From: a virus
Lineage: Duplodnaviria > Caudoviricetes
IMG/VR virus record: IMGVR_UViG_3300013121_000047
Location: 121,442-185,441 of that record
Strand: one strand, 5' to 3'
Length of the DNA: 64,000 bases
Below are positions 49,288-58,580 of this stretch, piece after piece. The notes below the pieces were generated by a model. The model was not told the origin of the DNA and ran no database searches. It saw only the letters and a list, made by a program, of their open reading frames with translations. Numbering within the stretch: position 1 is the first letter of the stretch; the number at the start of each line of letters is the position of its first letter. A program made the position numbers and the translations under genes.

Positions 49288-50275
49288 TTACAAAATCCTT
49301 TATTTTTTCTGTTGTATTTTCTTTTCTATTTATTATTTCGTCTTCCCAAAGAATTAATATTTCATATCCTAAATTCTCTAATTGTTGTTGTCTAGAGGCA
49401 TCTTTTTCTCTTATTTGTTTTACTGTGAGGTCTCTTTTTATTATTTCATTTTCATTTAGGTAAAATTTAGGATTTGCGTGCCAGTAATCTCCATAGCATT
49501 CGATAATTTGCTTGCAATTGTTTAGTATAAAATCAGGAAAAAAAGAATTTTCTAAATCAAAAATATTTTGTTCATAAACCCAATTTATTCTTAAATCATT
49601 TAAAATATTTGCTACAATATACTCAATTTTATTCATTTTAACATCATTGACAATATAATTTTTCGGAACATTTAAAGAAAATTTATTAGTTTTCCATAAA
49701 AATTTTGAGTGCTCAGATATTTTTTTTATTCGTTCTGGTTTATTACACGCAATTTTTAATTTTTCTTTTCCACCGTTATTTAGCCATTTTTTAAACGAAT
49801 TAATTCTCTTACTTTTAGTAAGTGGATTATGCATAATTTCATACATTTTCATTTTAAAAACAGGATCTTTATATCGCTCTTTTTTTAATTTAGAATGAAG
49901 TTCTCTATTGTAACTTTCCGACAATTTCTTTTTATATTCAGGTGAAGATATAGCTTTTTTATGATTTTCTTTCATTTTCTGATTTAAAATTTGAAGATAG
50001 TCTCTAATCAATTTTTGATCAAAATCAGAAACAGGAAATTCTTTTAAATAAAAAGAAAATCTATTTTCTTTATTAAAGAACTTTTTATAAAAATTATAAA
50101 TTTCTGATGCTTTTTCTTCGCCAAAATGAAAAATAAAGTAATCTATCGACGAAGTTGAAATAGGCATATTGGTTTTTCCAATAGCTTTCCCTTTCAAAAA
50201 TTCAGATTTTACTGTTATTTTAATTTTAGGAATATTATTTTTAATTTGAAATTTAAAATCAAAATATTTTTTCAT
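49271..50275 (-). CDS. Free-standing Vsr/DUF559-like homing endonuclease inside fractured recA
   Basis: FPDF...IIECYGDYWHANP...D..R...LGYEILILWE. Confidence 0.8.
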   Translation of the reverse strand: MKKYFDFKFQIKNNIPKIKITVKSEFLKGKAIGKTNMPISTSSIDYFIFHFGEEKASEIYNFYKKFFNKENRFSFYLKEFPVSDFDQKLIRDYLQILNQKMKENHKKAISSPEYKKKLSESYNRELHSKLKKERYKDPVFKMKMYEIMHNPLTKSKRINSFKKWLNNGGKEKLKIACNKPERIKKISEHSKFLWKTNKFSLNVPKNYIVNDVKMNKIEYIVANILNDLRINWVYEQNIFDLENSFFPDFILNNCKQIIECYGDYWHANPKFYLNENEIIKRDLTVKQIREKDASRQQQLENLGYEILILWEDEIINRKENTTEKIKDFVNGKKI

Positions 50276-50284
50276 TTTAAAAAT

Positions 50285-51073
50285 TTATTTTACGATTTTT
50301 CTTATTTTTATTTTAGTATCTGGGGATACACATGGATCTGATCCTATCACTCCAATTTTTTGTCTCGTTTGGTTAACTAAAATTAGTGTAACTCTTTTAT
50401 CTTTTAGAATTTGGTTGACCTTCATTATACCTTTGCTAAGGGCTCTAGCTTTAATTCCAATTTGCTGTTGTTCGTAAGTGGCTTCTAGCTCTGTTCTGGA
50501 AACAGAAGCCGCTATTGAGTCCCATACGATGATTATGGGCATATTGTTGTCTTGGTTTTTGACAGAGGTAATAATCTGCTCTATCATTTGAAATGTGTCT
50601 TCTATACATTGTTCTTGTACGAAAATTAATTCATTAACATCAACCCCAAGCATAGATAAATTTTCTATTGACGTTGCGTTTTCAGAATCAATATAAACTG
50701 CAATTGCACCATTTTTTTGAGCTTGAGCACAGATGGTTTGTGCTAGTGTAGATTTACCAGAAGATGGTTCTCCAAAAACTTCTATAATTCTACCTTCTGG
50801 TATTCCTCCATTTCTTTTATTCGAAATAATATAATCTAATTTAATTGCGGAAGTTGAAAACCAATTTTTTACGTATGTTGGAGCATCATCGTCTGTTTTA
50901 AGATTAAACGCGATCTTCTCTCCTCGGGTTTTATTTATCTCTTTTGTTATTCCAGAAATTATTGCCATTTTTTTTGAAGCGATAGCTGGTTGTGAATTGT
51001 TTGTATCAATAGTTTGACCTACTTTTGGAACGAGCGCTACTTCTTGCTTATTACTTTTTTTTATATTTGCCAT
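50285..51073 (-). CDS. recA: RecA/UvsX N-terminal fragment plus 15-aa IntN
   Basis: GGIPEGRIIEVFGEPSSGKST, YIDSENA, VWDSIA, VNQTRQKIGVIGSDP|CVSPDTKIKIRKIVK*. Confidence 0.92.
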   Translation of the reverse strand: MANIKKSNKQEVALVPKVGQTIDTNNSQPAIASKKMAIISGITKEINKTRGEKIAFNLKTDDDAPTYVKNWFSTSAIKLDYIISNKRNGGIPEGRIIEVFGEPSSGKSTLAQTICAQAQKNGAIAVYIDSENATSIENLSMLGVDVNELIFVQEQCIEDTFQMIEQIITSVKNQDNNMPIIIVWDSIAASVSRTELEATYEQQQIGIKARALSKGIMKVNQILKDKRVTLILVNQTRQKIGVIGSDPCVSPDTKIKIRKIVK

Positions 51074-51127
51074 TTGTTCTTTCTCTTATTATTATTTCTT
51101 TATTATGTTTTACAATAGATAAAAATA

Positions 51128-51154
51128 AAGCCAAGTAATTTTGTTACCTGGCTT
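51128..51154 (-). terminator. Rho-independent terminator after ssb
   Basis: AAGCCAGGTAA-CAAAA-TTACTTGGCTT followed by TATTTTT on the minus strand. Confidence 0.7.
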
Positions 51155-51182
51155 CAAAGTTAACACTTAGCTAAGTGTTTTT

Positions 51183-52079
51183 TTATTCGGTTGCAATTTT
51201 TTTAATTGCAGCTTTCGCTTTCAAAGCGTTAAGTTTTTCAATTGCTGCGGCAGTACTGCTAACCGATGTGGTTGTAAACTTTGCATTTTTCTGTTCGTCC
51301 GTTTCTATTACAACACCTTCTGATAAAGAGGTTTGCTCAACAGATTGTGAAGTCGCTCCATTAACTTCTAAGTTTTTTGCTTCATAAAAAGCATCTAAAG
51401 TTTTTCTTAAATTTTCCGCGGTTTTAACAAACCCTCTTTGAATTTCTAAAATTTTTGGAGCGCTTTCTAAAAGTTTTGTTCTTTCTTCTTCGGTTTTAGC
51501 CAACGGCGAAGGACTAATTCTTATATTAAAGGAATAAGCTCTTACTGGTTTATTATTCCATAATTTAGCTTTTCCAGAATTATCTGTTTTTGCAGAAACA
51601 GTGATTTCAAAATCATATCCATTAACAGGATCAAAAACATCTTTATCTTGGTAATCTTCAGCTTGAAGTGCATTGTAAATCATGTCCCGAACATCTTTCG
51701 AGAATTCGAATACCTGAATTCCAGCAGCTTCATTTCCTCTATCTAAGAGGCACCCAAAGTATGTTTCTCCAGCTTTTAAATCCTTTGCAATATTCCAATT
51801 ATCTTTTCTAATTGCATCATATTCTTCTTTTATAGGATCTTGTAAATCGAATTGATAAGGAGCAACAAATCGCTTATTTTTTTCTAAATTTCTATAAAAA
51901 AGAACTTCGTAAAATGGTTCATCTGTTACGTTATCAGATGGTTGAATAAATCGAACTTTATATTTTTTACCAATTTCAGGTTTCCATGATGGATAAGCAG
52001 GTATAAATTCTGTTTTTGTAAATCTTGGTTTTGGTGTAAGTTTATCTTTTATTGCTTGTAAGTATTTTGGTTGTGTCAT
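51183..52079 (-). CDS. Single-stranded DNA-binding protein (gp32-like)
   Basis: WKP...VRFI...PF...DPI...GIQVFEF...DVFDPVNGYDF; next to recA. Confidence 0.7.
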   Translation of the reverse strand: MTQPKYLQAIKDKLTPKPRFTKTEFIPAYPSWKPEIGKKYKVRFIQPSDNVTDEPFYEVLFYRNLEKNKRFVAPYQFDLQDPIKEEYDAIRKDNWNIAKDLKAGETYFGCLLDRGNEAAGIQVFEFSKDVRDMIYNALQAEDYQDKDVFDPVNGYDFEITVSAKTDNSGKAKLWNNKPVRAYSFNIRISPSPLAKTEEERTKLLESAPKILEIQRGFVKTAENLRKTLDAFYEAKNLEVNGATSQSVEQTSLSEGVVIETDEQKNAKFTTTSVSSTAAAIEKLNALKAKAAIKKIATE

Positions 52080-52102
52080 TTGTGTTATTTCCTTGTTCCC
52101 GT

Positions 52103-52131
52103 ATAGTAGCTCTTGATTTTTTGGTCATCAA
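52103..52131 (-). promoter_or_regulatory. Sigma70-like promoter for ssb
   Basis: TTGATG-17 bp-TACTAT, then AAGGA RBS. Confidence 0.5.
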
Positions 52132-52196
52132 TGCGAAAAAATAATGACAAGTTTTGAGCTTTGGGGGCTGATAATAAATAGGTATTTACATTAATT

Positions 52197-53225
52197 TTAC
52201 GCATTAGATCTTTCTATTTTTGCATATATTTTGAATATATCAAACTCTAAAAATAGAGAGTTTTTTAGTTCAAAACTTGGTTTGGCATAAAACAATAAGG
52301 CATCATGAATTACAAAAAGTGGATTGATATTATGTACATTTTTTTCTAAAAAAATGCTTAATAACATTAAAGATAAATCAGCAGCAGTGCTCTGTATGTA
52401 ATAGTTTACAATCATATAATCCTGAAAATTAGAATTTTGTATTTGGTCTTTTGAAATTATAGGTTTTCCGAAAAAATTATATAGTTGTCCATTGGTGTAA
52501 AGCTGATTGTGTAGATCTTGTTTGAAATTTATAAACTTATCATTCAAAAGAAAATTTTCCAAACATAAATTTTCTTCTAAATTAGTTTCTTTTATATGAT
52601 CTAAATTTGATCCATATAAAATTTTTAGAACTGCTAGTTTAATACTCGCTCTATCAGTTGCTTCTAATTTTAATTTATGTTTAATTGAAGAATAAAGATC
52701 TGAATAATCTAAGTCAGAATAACCTAAAATTTGAAATAAAACACTTGGTTCTAAGGCCGAAAAATCCAAAAGATTTAGATTTTTATCCGAAAATATTTTT
52801 TTTCGATCTTCTTTTTTTAAAGTTAAAATTTGTGGTCCATGATTAATTCTCTGTCTGCCAGTTGTGGATAAAATTCTGTCATATTGAGGAATATCAACAT
52901 TTGTTGAAAATGAATCAATTATATTATAATTTCGTTTATCTTCGTTAAGTTTGTATATTTCCAGAAGTTCTTTTAAACTATCTTTATCTACAAATTCTTC
53001 GGCGGATTCCAAATGCTCTAAAATAAAATTAGACTTTTTATAAAAGTCAAAGTAATAGTTTTTGCATTTTTCATAGGTGGGAATAGATTCTAGAATTTTA
53101 GAGAAATTCAAATTCTTTAGTATGAAATGTTCAACCTCTGAGTCGGAATCTAAATTTAGATCATAGCAAATCTTTTCTATTTTGTCGGCAACTGGTGTTC
53201 TCAACAATCTCAAAAAAGTAAACAT
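52197..53225 (-). CDS. Minimal family A DNA polymerase domain
   Basis: TTGRQ, motif A LDFSALEP, motif B R..IK...ILYG, NYYIQSTAAD, motif C VIHDAL. Confidence 0.8.
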   Translation of the reverse strand: MFTFLRLLRTPVADKIEKICYDLNLDSDSEVEHFILKNLNFSKILESIPTYEKCKNYYFDFYKKSNFILEHLESAEEFVDKDSLKELLEIYKLNEDKRNYNIIDSFSTNVDIPQYDRILSTTGRQRINHGPQILTLKKEDRKKIFSDKNLNLLDFSALEPSVLFQILGYSDLDYSDLYSSIKHKLKLEATDRASIKLAVLKILYGSNLDHIKETNLEENLCLENFLLNDKFINFKQDLHNQLYTNGQLYNFFGKPIISKDQIQNSNFQDYMIVNYYIQSTAADLSLMLLSIFLEKNVHNINPLFVIHDALLFYAKPSFELKNSLFLEFDIFKIYAKIERSNA

Positions 53226-53227
53226 TT

Positions 53228-54022
53228 TTACTTATTTTTCCTGGTTTCAACTAAAATTTTAAACATATTTGAAAGTGCAGCTGGATATTTACTCGAATAC
53301 CTTGGATTATTTGATATATTATATAGTAATGCATTATCCTCTAAATTAGACATTTCAAATCCAGCTAATGCTGCTTTATACCAAAACCACATATCTTCGG
53401 TAAGAGGTAGTAAGTCTTCATACATTCCTATTTTATACAGGATATTTCTTTTGTATAAAACAGAGGCATTGCCTATCGGATTTAATCCTCTAAAAAGCCA
53501 TTCTAAACAGGAGTCGTTATCTAACGGCCTTCTTTCTAAGACCACATAATCTTTTGGTTCCGTTTTTTGATTTTTAATTCTACCAATGTATTGAGTACCT
53601 AATATGTCAACATCAGGATATAATTTCATATAATCTATCTGTTTTTGAAGTTTGTTAGTATCTATCCATACGTCATCCGCATCATTATATGCAATATAAT
53701 CAATTGTACAGCTATTTTGTTTTTCATACGCAAAAACTTGTTGCAATAAATAATTTCTTGTCGGTGTGGTTCCTTGAAAAAGGGTTTGTTTATCAAGTAT
53801 AATTTTTTGACCTTTATATTTTTCGTTATTTAAAATATGTGTGTCGATTTCTTTTTCTGTGTTATCTGTTGAATTATTCAACGTAACAAATACTAAGTTT
53901 TGTATCGAACTTTTTAAGTTCTGATCTAAAACAGATTTCAAACTCTCTACGATATAATCTTCATCGTTATACGATGGAATACATGTCGCTATTTTTATTT
54001 GTTTATCCATTGATTTAAACAC
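53228..54022 (-). CDS. Glycosyltransferase family 2
   Basis: CIPSYN, SVLDQ, STDNT, YNDADDVW, EDMWFW. Confidence 0.85.
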   Translation of the reverse strand: MFKSMDKQIKIATCIPSYNDEDYIVESLKSVLDQNLKSSIQNLVFVTLNNSTDNTEKEIDTHILNNEKYKGQKIILDKQTLFQGTTPTRNYLLQQVFAYEKQNSCTIDYIAYNDADDVWIDTNKLQKQIDYMKLYPDVDILGTQYIGRIKNQKTEPKDYVVLERRPLDNDSCLEWLFRGLNPIGNASVLYKRNILYKIGMYEDLLPLTEDMWFWYKAALAGFEMSNLEDNALLYNISNNPRYSSKYPAALSNMFKILVETRKNK

Positions 54023-55002
54023 TCAGGATGAGTGACTCCTGTATTTTCTACATCTAGACCATAAACGGAGGAACCATCCCAAGGTTGGTGAAAAATCCAT
54101 CCTGCTGTTTTATCTTCAATTTCAATTGAGTATTTTTCAATCATTTCTTCAGTTATATCTTCATTTTTAATTGAAGGGAACATTGGATTTGTTTTTTCTG
54201 ATTCATCTCCATATAAAGAAGACCATGAATTTGCCCAAAAATTTTTATAAGTAACAAGTTTTCGTTTTATATTAAACCAAGAGTAATGGTAAACACAAGG
54301 AAATTTTTCGTTATTTATAATGAATTTTTTATACCAACTTTCATAAACTTCTTTATTGTTTTCATCATATCTTGACTCCTCTCTAAGAGACCAAGAAAAA
54401 TCTAAACTTGGCATAAATTGTTTTATTGGCAATAAAGTTTGAGAGTCTATTAAATTACATCCATCAGAGCCTTGTTTTGAGTACAGCAAACCATTTTTAT
54501 AATATCTTAATTGCCCAGGAATTCCATGAGTAATATTTGGCTTATTTTTAGTTAAGCGTTCTTTTGTTGGCCCTATATCAATTCTTATTTTCTTTTTGCC
54601 CCAAAATTCTATTACAGGAAGATGTAAAACTTCTATGTTTCCTGTCGAAAACTCGACGCAAAGCTTTTTCCATTTTTCAATATCTTTTTCGTGAAAAATT
54701 TCATCAACATCAAATTGAATTAAAACAGTTCCAGTGCAATGGCTTCTTGATAAAGCTTTTGCTAGTCCATCATTAATTCCATGATTTCTTGCAGTCCAAT
54801 CTAGTTTATCGTCGTGGATAACCTTTATTTTTTTATGTAATTTTTCAAGGTTACGAAGTTCTTCTAACGTTCCATCATTTTCTCTAGAAGAGTCATAAAC
54901 TATAATTTCATCAGCAATCGGTAGAATAGAAGTTATAGATTCTATAAATGGGTACTTTCCTTTATTGCAATCTTTTGTTGTTGTGTAAGCTGATATTTTC
55001 AT
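53995..55002 (-). CDS. Glycosyltransferase (GT2-like)
   Basis: YPFIESITSILPIADEIIVYDS, QFDVDE, YHYSW. Confidence 0.75.
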   Translation of the reverse strand: MKISAYTTTKDCNKGKYPFIESITSILPIADEIIVYDSSRENDGTLEELRNLEKLHKKIKVIHDDKLDWTARNHGINDGLAKALSRSHCTGTVLIQFDVDEIFHEKDIEKWKKLCVEFSTGNIEVLHLPVIEFWGKKKIRIDIGPTKERLTKNKPNITHGIPGQLRYYKNGLLYSKQGSDGCNLIDSQTLLPIKQFMPSLDFSWSLREESRYDENNKEVYESWYKKFIINNEKFPCVYHYSWFNIKRKLVTYKNFWANSWSSLYGDESEKTNPMFPSIKNEDITEEMIEKYSIEIEDKTAGWIFHQPWDGSSVYGLDVENTGVTHPECLNQWINK

Positions 55003-55400
55003 GGTATTCCTATTTCTATTTCTTGAAAATTATTTTTCAGAGAAGACAAAAAATTTTTCAATTCCGTCACACAAGACGATCTATATTCTATTTTGAATAT
55101 TTTATTCATATAAAAACCCCAAGACAACTGAGGTTCTTCTTTTTGTGGAGAATTTATACTCACAACAGCCATTGTTTCTTCGAGTTTCTCTTCCGAAAGA
55201 GAAGAAACATAAAAATATGCCAAAATTTTTCCTTGAAACTCTTGTACTAATTTAGATGGATCGATGACTAGCAAATTAAGCTTGTCTTCAAACTCTTTAT
55301 TAAGAAATAGAGTTTCAGAAACTGAAACTTCAATTTTCAATTTAGATTGTAAATAATCTTCTTTAAGGATTTTACTCAAATAAGCAATCTCTGGCGTCAT
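54999..55400 (-). CDS. Hypothetical protein (probable start 55400)
   Basis: The MTPEIAYL start avoids overlap with the upstream gene. Confidence 0.55.
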   Translation of the reverse strand: MTPEIAYLSKILKEDYLQSKLKIEVSVSETLFLNKEFEDKLNLLVIDPSKLVQEFQGKILAYFYVSSLSEEKLEETMAVVSINSPQKEEPQLSWGFYMNKIFKIEYRSSCVTELKNFLSSLKNNFQEIEIGIP

Positions 55401-55407
55401 TATTGTT

Positions 55408-56304
55408 TTAGCCTTTGCAAAATTCAGTTCCGTAATAAACACAAAATCTACAACTTGATCTATTTTTTGAATAGAAATGTTTTCTAACATTAACAAAGAA
55501 TTTTTTAATTAAATCTTCTGCTTCTTTAAGCTGTTTTTCTTCAATTTCAATTGGAATATATAAACAACGATCCTTGTTTGATTTCGGGGTTTTTCTTCTT
55601 AAAACAATAAATCCACATTCAATGTCATTTAATGGAATTCCATTTTTAATAGCAAAAAAATGCTTATATAGTACTAATTGTAAATATTTTTTTGGATCAG
55701 ATGATTTTGACTTATCCCACCAATCTTTCGAACCCTTCCAGTCTATGATATAGTATTTTCCATTAGATTTAATAATTCCGTCTACAAATCCTTTGAAAAA
55801 ATAACCAGTTTCATTTTCAATTGGTTCAAACATTTCATACTCAGCCGCAACATATTCCCAATTTGGGAATTTCTCTTCCATAAATAATGGAACTTGTGAA
55901 CAAATTGGCTCAAGTACATCTTGCCACATCTCTCTTTGTTCTTCTAATTCGTTAAAGTTTTTTAACTTAGAAAAAGCCTCTGTTAATAAATTTTTCTGTT
56001 CTTCCATATTTGGAAGAGTTTTTGTTTTTAAAAAATTTTCAAGGATATCATGTAATATTTGTCCAAATTCAGTATTTTCATTTGGACCATCTAATTGTAT
56101 TTGATCAATATATTTTAACTTGTGTTTGAAATGGCATTCGTACCAAGTTAATAGCTCAGAAAAGCTAATATAGTTTTTCTTTTTCTCCATAGGGAGAGTG
56201 GAGACATTTCCTTCAAATATTTTTTTTAGTGAAAATTCATTATTTTCTGTTGTTTGTTCAAAGTAAACAATTGGTAGTACCTTTTTTTTTGGTTCAACTG
56301 ACAT
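55408..56304 (-). CDS. PD-(D/E)xK nuclease (RecB/Cas4-like)
   Basis: ISFSEL..W.EC, FG..LH, GFVDGI..IIDWK, QL.LY, C-terminal CRFC...C. Confidence 0.85.
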   Translation of the reverse strand: MSVEPKKKVLPIVYFEQTTENNEFSLKKIFEGNVSTLPMEKKKNYISFSELLTWYECHFKHKLKYIDQIQLDGPNENTEFGQILHDILENFLKTKTLPNMEEQKNLLTEAFSKLKNFNELEEQREMWQDVLEPICSQVPLFMEEKFPNWEYVAAEYEMFEPIENETGYFFKGFVDGIIKSNGKYYIIDWKGSKDWWDKSKSSDPKKYLQLVLYKHFFAIKNGIPLNDIECGFIVLRRKTPKSNKDRCLYIPIEIEEKQLKEAEDLIKKFFVNVRKHFYSKNRSSCRFCVYYGTEFCKG

Positions 56305-56310
56305 AACTCA

Positions 56311-56339
56311 AGTCTAAGACCGAATTAGTCGGTAGGCAA
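56311..56339 (-). promoter_or_regulatory. Sigma70-like promoter, probably leaderless
   Basis: TTGCCT-17 bp-TAGACT, 6 nt before ATG 56304. Confidence 0.55.
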
Positions 56340-56341
56340 CA

Positions 56342-57451
56342 TCAGGCATATATTGAAGAATTATGCCTTACCCCAAATTCTACATTATTTTGAAATTCTT
56401 TAATTGTTCTGGCATTTGTATAGCTCATTGCAGAACGAAGACCTCCTGCGATTAACTCTATTATTTCTTTAACACTTCCTTTTACTTTAACCTCAATTTC
56501 TTTTCCTTCTGGTGTTGCTCTCATTATTGAAGGATCTTTTAATAAATCACTTTGAAGTTTCATTGAACCAAATGAAGCCATTCCTCTATACTTTACAATA
56601 CCTTCATTTGGTATAATATTTTTTTTCAAAGTTTGAATAAACTGTGCGGTAGATTCATTGTAAGAATGAATTAATAAATTATTAAGCCGTTTAATTTCTT
56701 CTATTACTCTAACAACTGGAGGTGTTTCTTGACACCCAGCGAAAAAACTTCCGCTCATTACTAATGAAGCCCCTGCTCCAATCGCTTTGGCAAAGTCACC
56801 TATTTCTTTACAACCTCCATCAGCAATTATTGGAATATTTAATTCTGGATGTTCACATGTGTCAGCAACACATGAAAAGGTTGGAGAATTGACTCCCGTT
56901 GTGTTTTTTGTCGTACAAATGCTGCCCGATCCAATCAATGTTTTTACAGCGTCTGCCCCCATTTTTTGCAGTGCAATTGCTCCTTCTGGTGTTCCTACAT
57001 TTCCAAGAACTAATTTAATCTCTTTTCTGAAAGAGAGATTATTAATATAAACCATCATAGTTTCAACGTGACAACACCATGCATTTGCTATATCTACAAT
57101 GAAATATTTAGCCCCTGCTTTGTATAAAGCATTTATTCGTTCTTTATAATCTTTAACACCCAAACTGCAAAAACATTCAGCTCCCGCTTCTTTTACTTTT
57201 TCATACTGTAATACATTTTCTTCAATTGACATAAACCTGTGTAATGCACTAATTGCACCAGCTTCGTAGGCTGCAATAGCCATTTCTTTTTCGCAAACAG
57301 TATCCATGTTTGATACTATAATAGGAATTTTTATTTTTAAGCCTAAAAAATCTACAGACGTATCGGCACACCCCCTAGATGTTAATGAAGAATATCCAGG
57401 TTTAATAAAAACATCTTGGTAGCTATATTTTGGTTTATTATCTATACGCAT
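56342..57451 (-). CDS. GMP reductase / IMP dehydrogenase family protein (no CBS domains; probable start 57451)
   Basis: SNMDTV, LHRF, GNVGT, IGSGSICTT, IIADGG, YRGMAS, GLRSAMSY; promoter TTGACT-17-TATCTT at 57461-57489. Confidence 0.88.
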   Translation of the reverse strand: MRIDNKPKYSYQDVFIKPGYSSLTSRGCADTSVDFLGLKIKIPIIVSNMDTVCEKEMAIAAYEAGAISALHRFMSIEENVLQYEKVKEAGAECFCSLGVKDYKERINALYKAGAKYFIVDIANAWCCHVETMMVYINNLSFRKEIKLVLGNVGTPEGAIALQKMGADAVKTLIGSGSICTTKNTTGVNSPTFSCVADTCEHPELNIPIIADGGCKEIGDFAKAIGAGASLVMSGSFFAGCQETPPVVRVIEEIKRLNNLLIHSYNESTAQFIQTLKKNIIPNEGIVKYRGMASFGSMKLQSDLLKDPSIMRATPEGKEIEVKVKGSVKEIIELIAGGLRSAMSYTNARTIKEFQNNVEFGVRHNSSIYA

Positions 57452-57565
57452 AACGCAAACAAGATAATGCAACTATTACAGTCAGTCAACGCAGTCGAAA
57501 TAATAAACTAAAATGAGGTAAATTAAGATTTGTCTGTTAATATTTAAATTTAGAAATTAATTGCA

Positions 57566-57940
57566 ATGGATCTGACACAAGAAAATAAAAAAATAATACA
57601 AAATTTTTTAGAACACTGTAAAAGAGAGCTTGGTATTGTATCTAAATTTAAAGTAAAGTTTGTTAAAAAAGGACTTGAAGATCCTACTGCTGGTGTTTTT
57701 AATCCAAGTACAAAAGAAATTACTGTTTGCTGTAAAAACCGTGCTATTGCAGATTGTCTCAGAACATTAGCCCATGAACTTACTCATCTTCGTCAATTAG
57801 AAACTGTTATTGGTGAAGATGGATTTCCTACAAATGATGAAGATTTACAACCTTATGAAGATGAGGCCAACGTACTAAGTGGCAAACTAGTACGCTTTTG
57901 GGGCAGAAAACATAGAGAAATATATTCAGATTTAACTTAA
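57566..57940 (+). CDS. Small zincin-like metallopeptidase (HExxH)
   Basis: RTLAHELTHLRQ...EDEAN. Confidence 0.7.
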   Translation: MDLTQENKKIIQNFLEHCKRELGIVSKFKVKFVKKGLEDPTAGVFNPSTKEITVCCKNRAIADCLRTLAHELTHLRQLETVIGEDGFPTNDEDLQPYEDEANVLSGKLVRFWGRKHREIYSDLT

Positions 57941-57951
57941 GAGCAAAGACA

Positions 57952-58569
57952 ATGAATTTATTTAATTTTATTTTTGAAAATTCTACCCCTGATTTAAAAA
58001 AACTTTCGTTGTTTAAATCAAATAAAGAAAAACTTTCTTATTTAAAGAAAAACTTTAAATATTTAGGAAAAGGGACATCGAGAATAGTTTTTGAAATTGA
58101 TAACGAAAAAGTTTTAAAATTCGCTTTAAACGAAGCAGGAAAAGTTCAAAATGAAAATGAAACAAGTACTGCAAAAAACTATAGTCATGTTACATCAAAA
58201 GTATTTAATTTCGGCCCAGATTTTGAATGGATACTAACAGAAAAAGCAAGAAAAGCCAAAACCGCAGACTTTAAAAAAATTACAGGTATATCAATAGGAT
58301 CTTTTTTACTTCTTCTTTCTCAAGTAGGGGACGAAATTATGAATTTCAAAACTCCTAATTTCGCATATGAAGAAGATAAAATCAGATACTATAATTTTAG
58401 AGAAATTCAATTAGTAAAAGATCTTGAGCAACTTATGCTAGATAATGACCTAATCAGCGGAGATATAGCTAAGCCAAATTCTTGGGGAGTTGTTGAAAGA
58501 GATGGAAAAGAACATTTAGTTTTAATAGATTTTGGATTAAATTCTCAAACATATGAAACATATTACTAA
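57952..58569 (+). CDS. Protein-kinase-like fold protein
   Basis: YLGKGTSRIVF, VLKFA, QNENE, GDI...NSWG, LIDFG. Confidence 0.7.
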   Translation: MNLFNFIFENSTPDLKKLSLFKSNKEKLSYLKKNFKYLGKGTSRIVFEIDNEKVLKFALNEAGKVQNENETSTAKNYSHVTSKVFNFGPDFEWILTEKARKAKTADFKKITGISIGSFLLLLSQVGDEIMNFKTPNFAYEEDKIRYYNFREIQLVKDLEQLMLDNDLISGDIAKPNSWGVVERDGKEHLVLIDFGLNSQTYETYY

Positions 58570-58580
58570 GTTTTAGACAT

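Noticed and set aside
55408-56304. Cas4-like nuclease as evidence of a CRISPR-Cas system
   Set aside because: No array or other cas genes are present; solo PD-(D/E)xK nucleases are common in phage replication regions.
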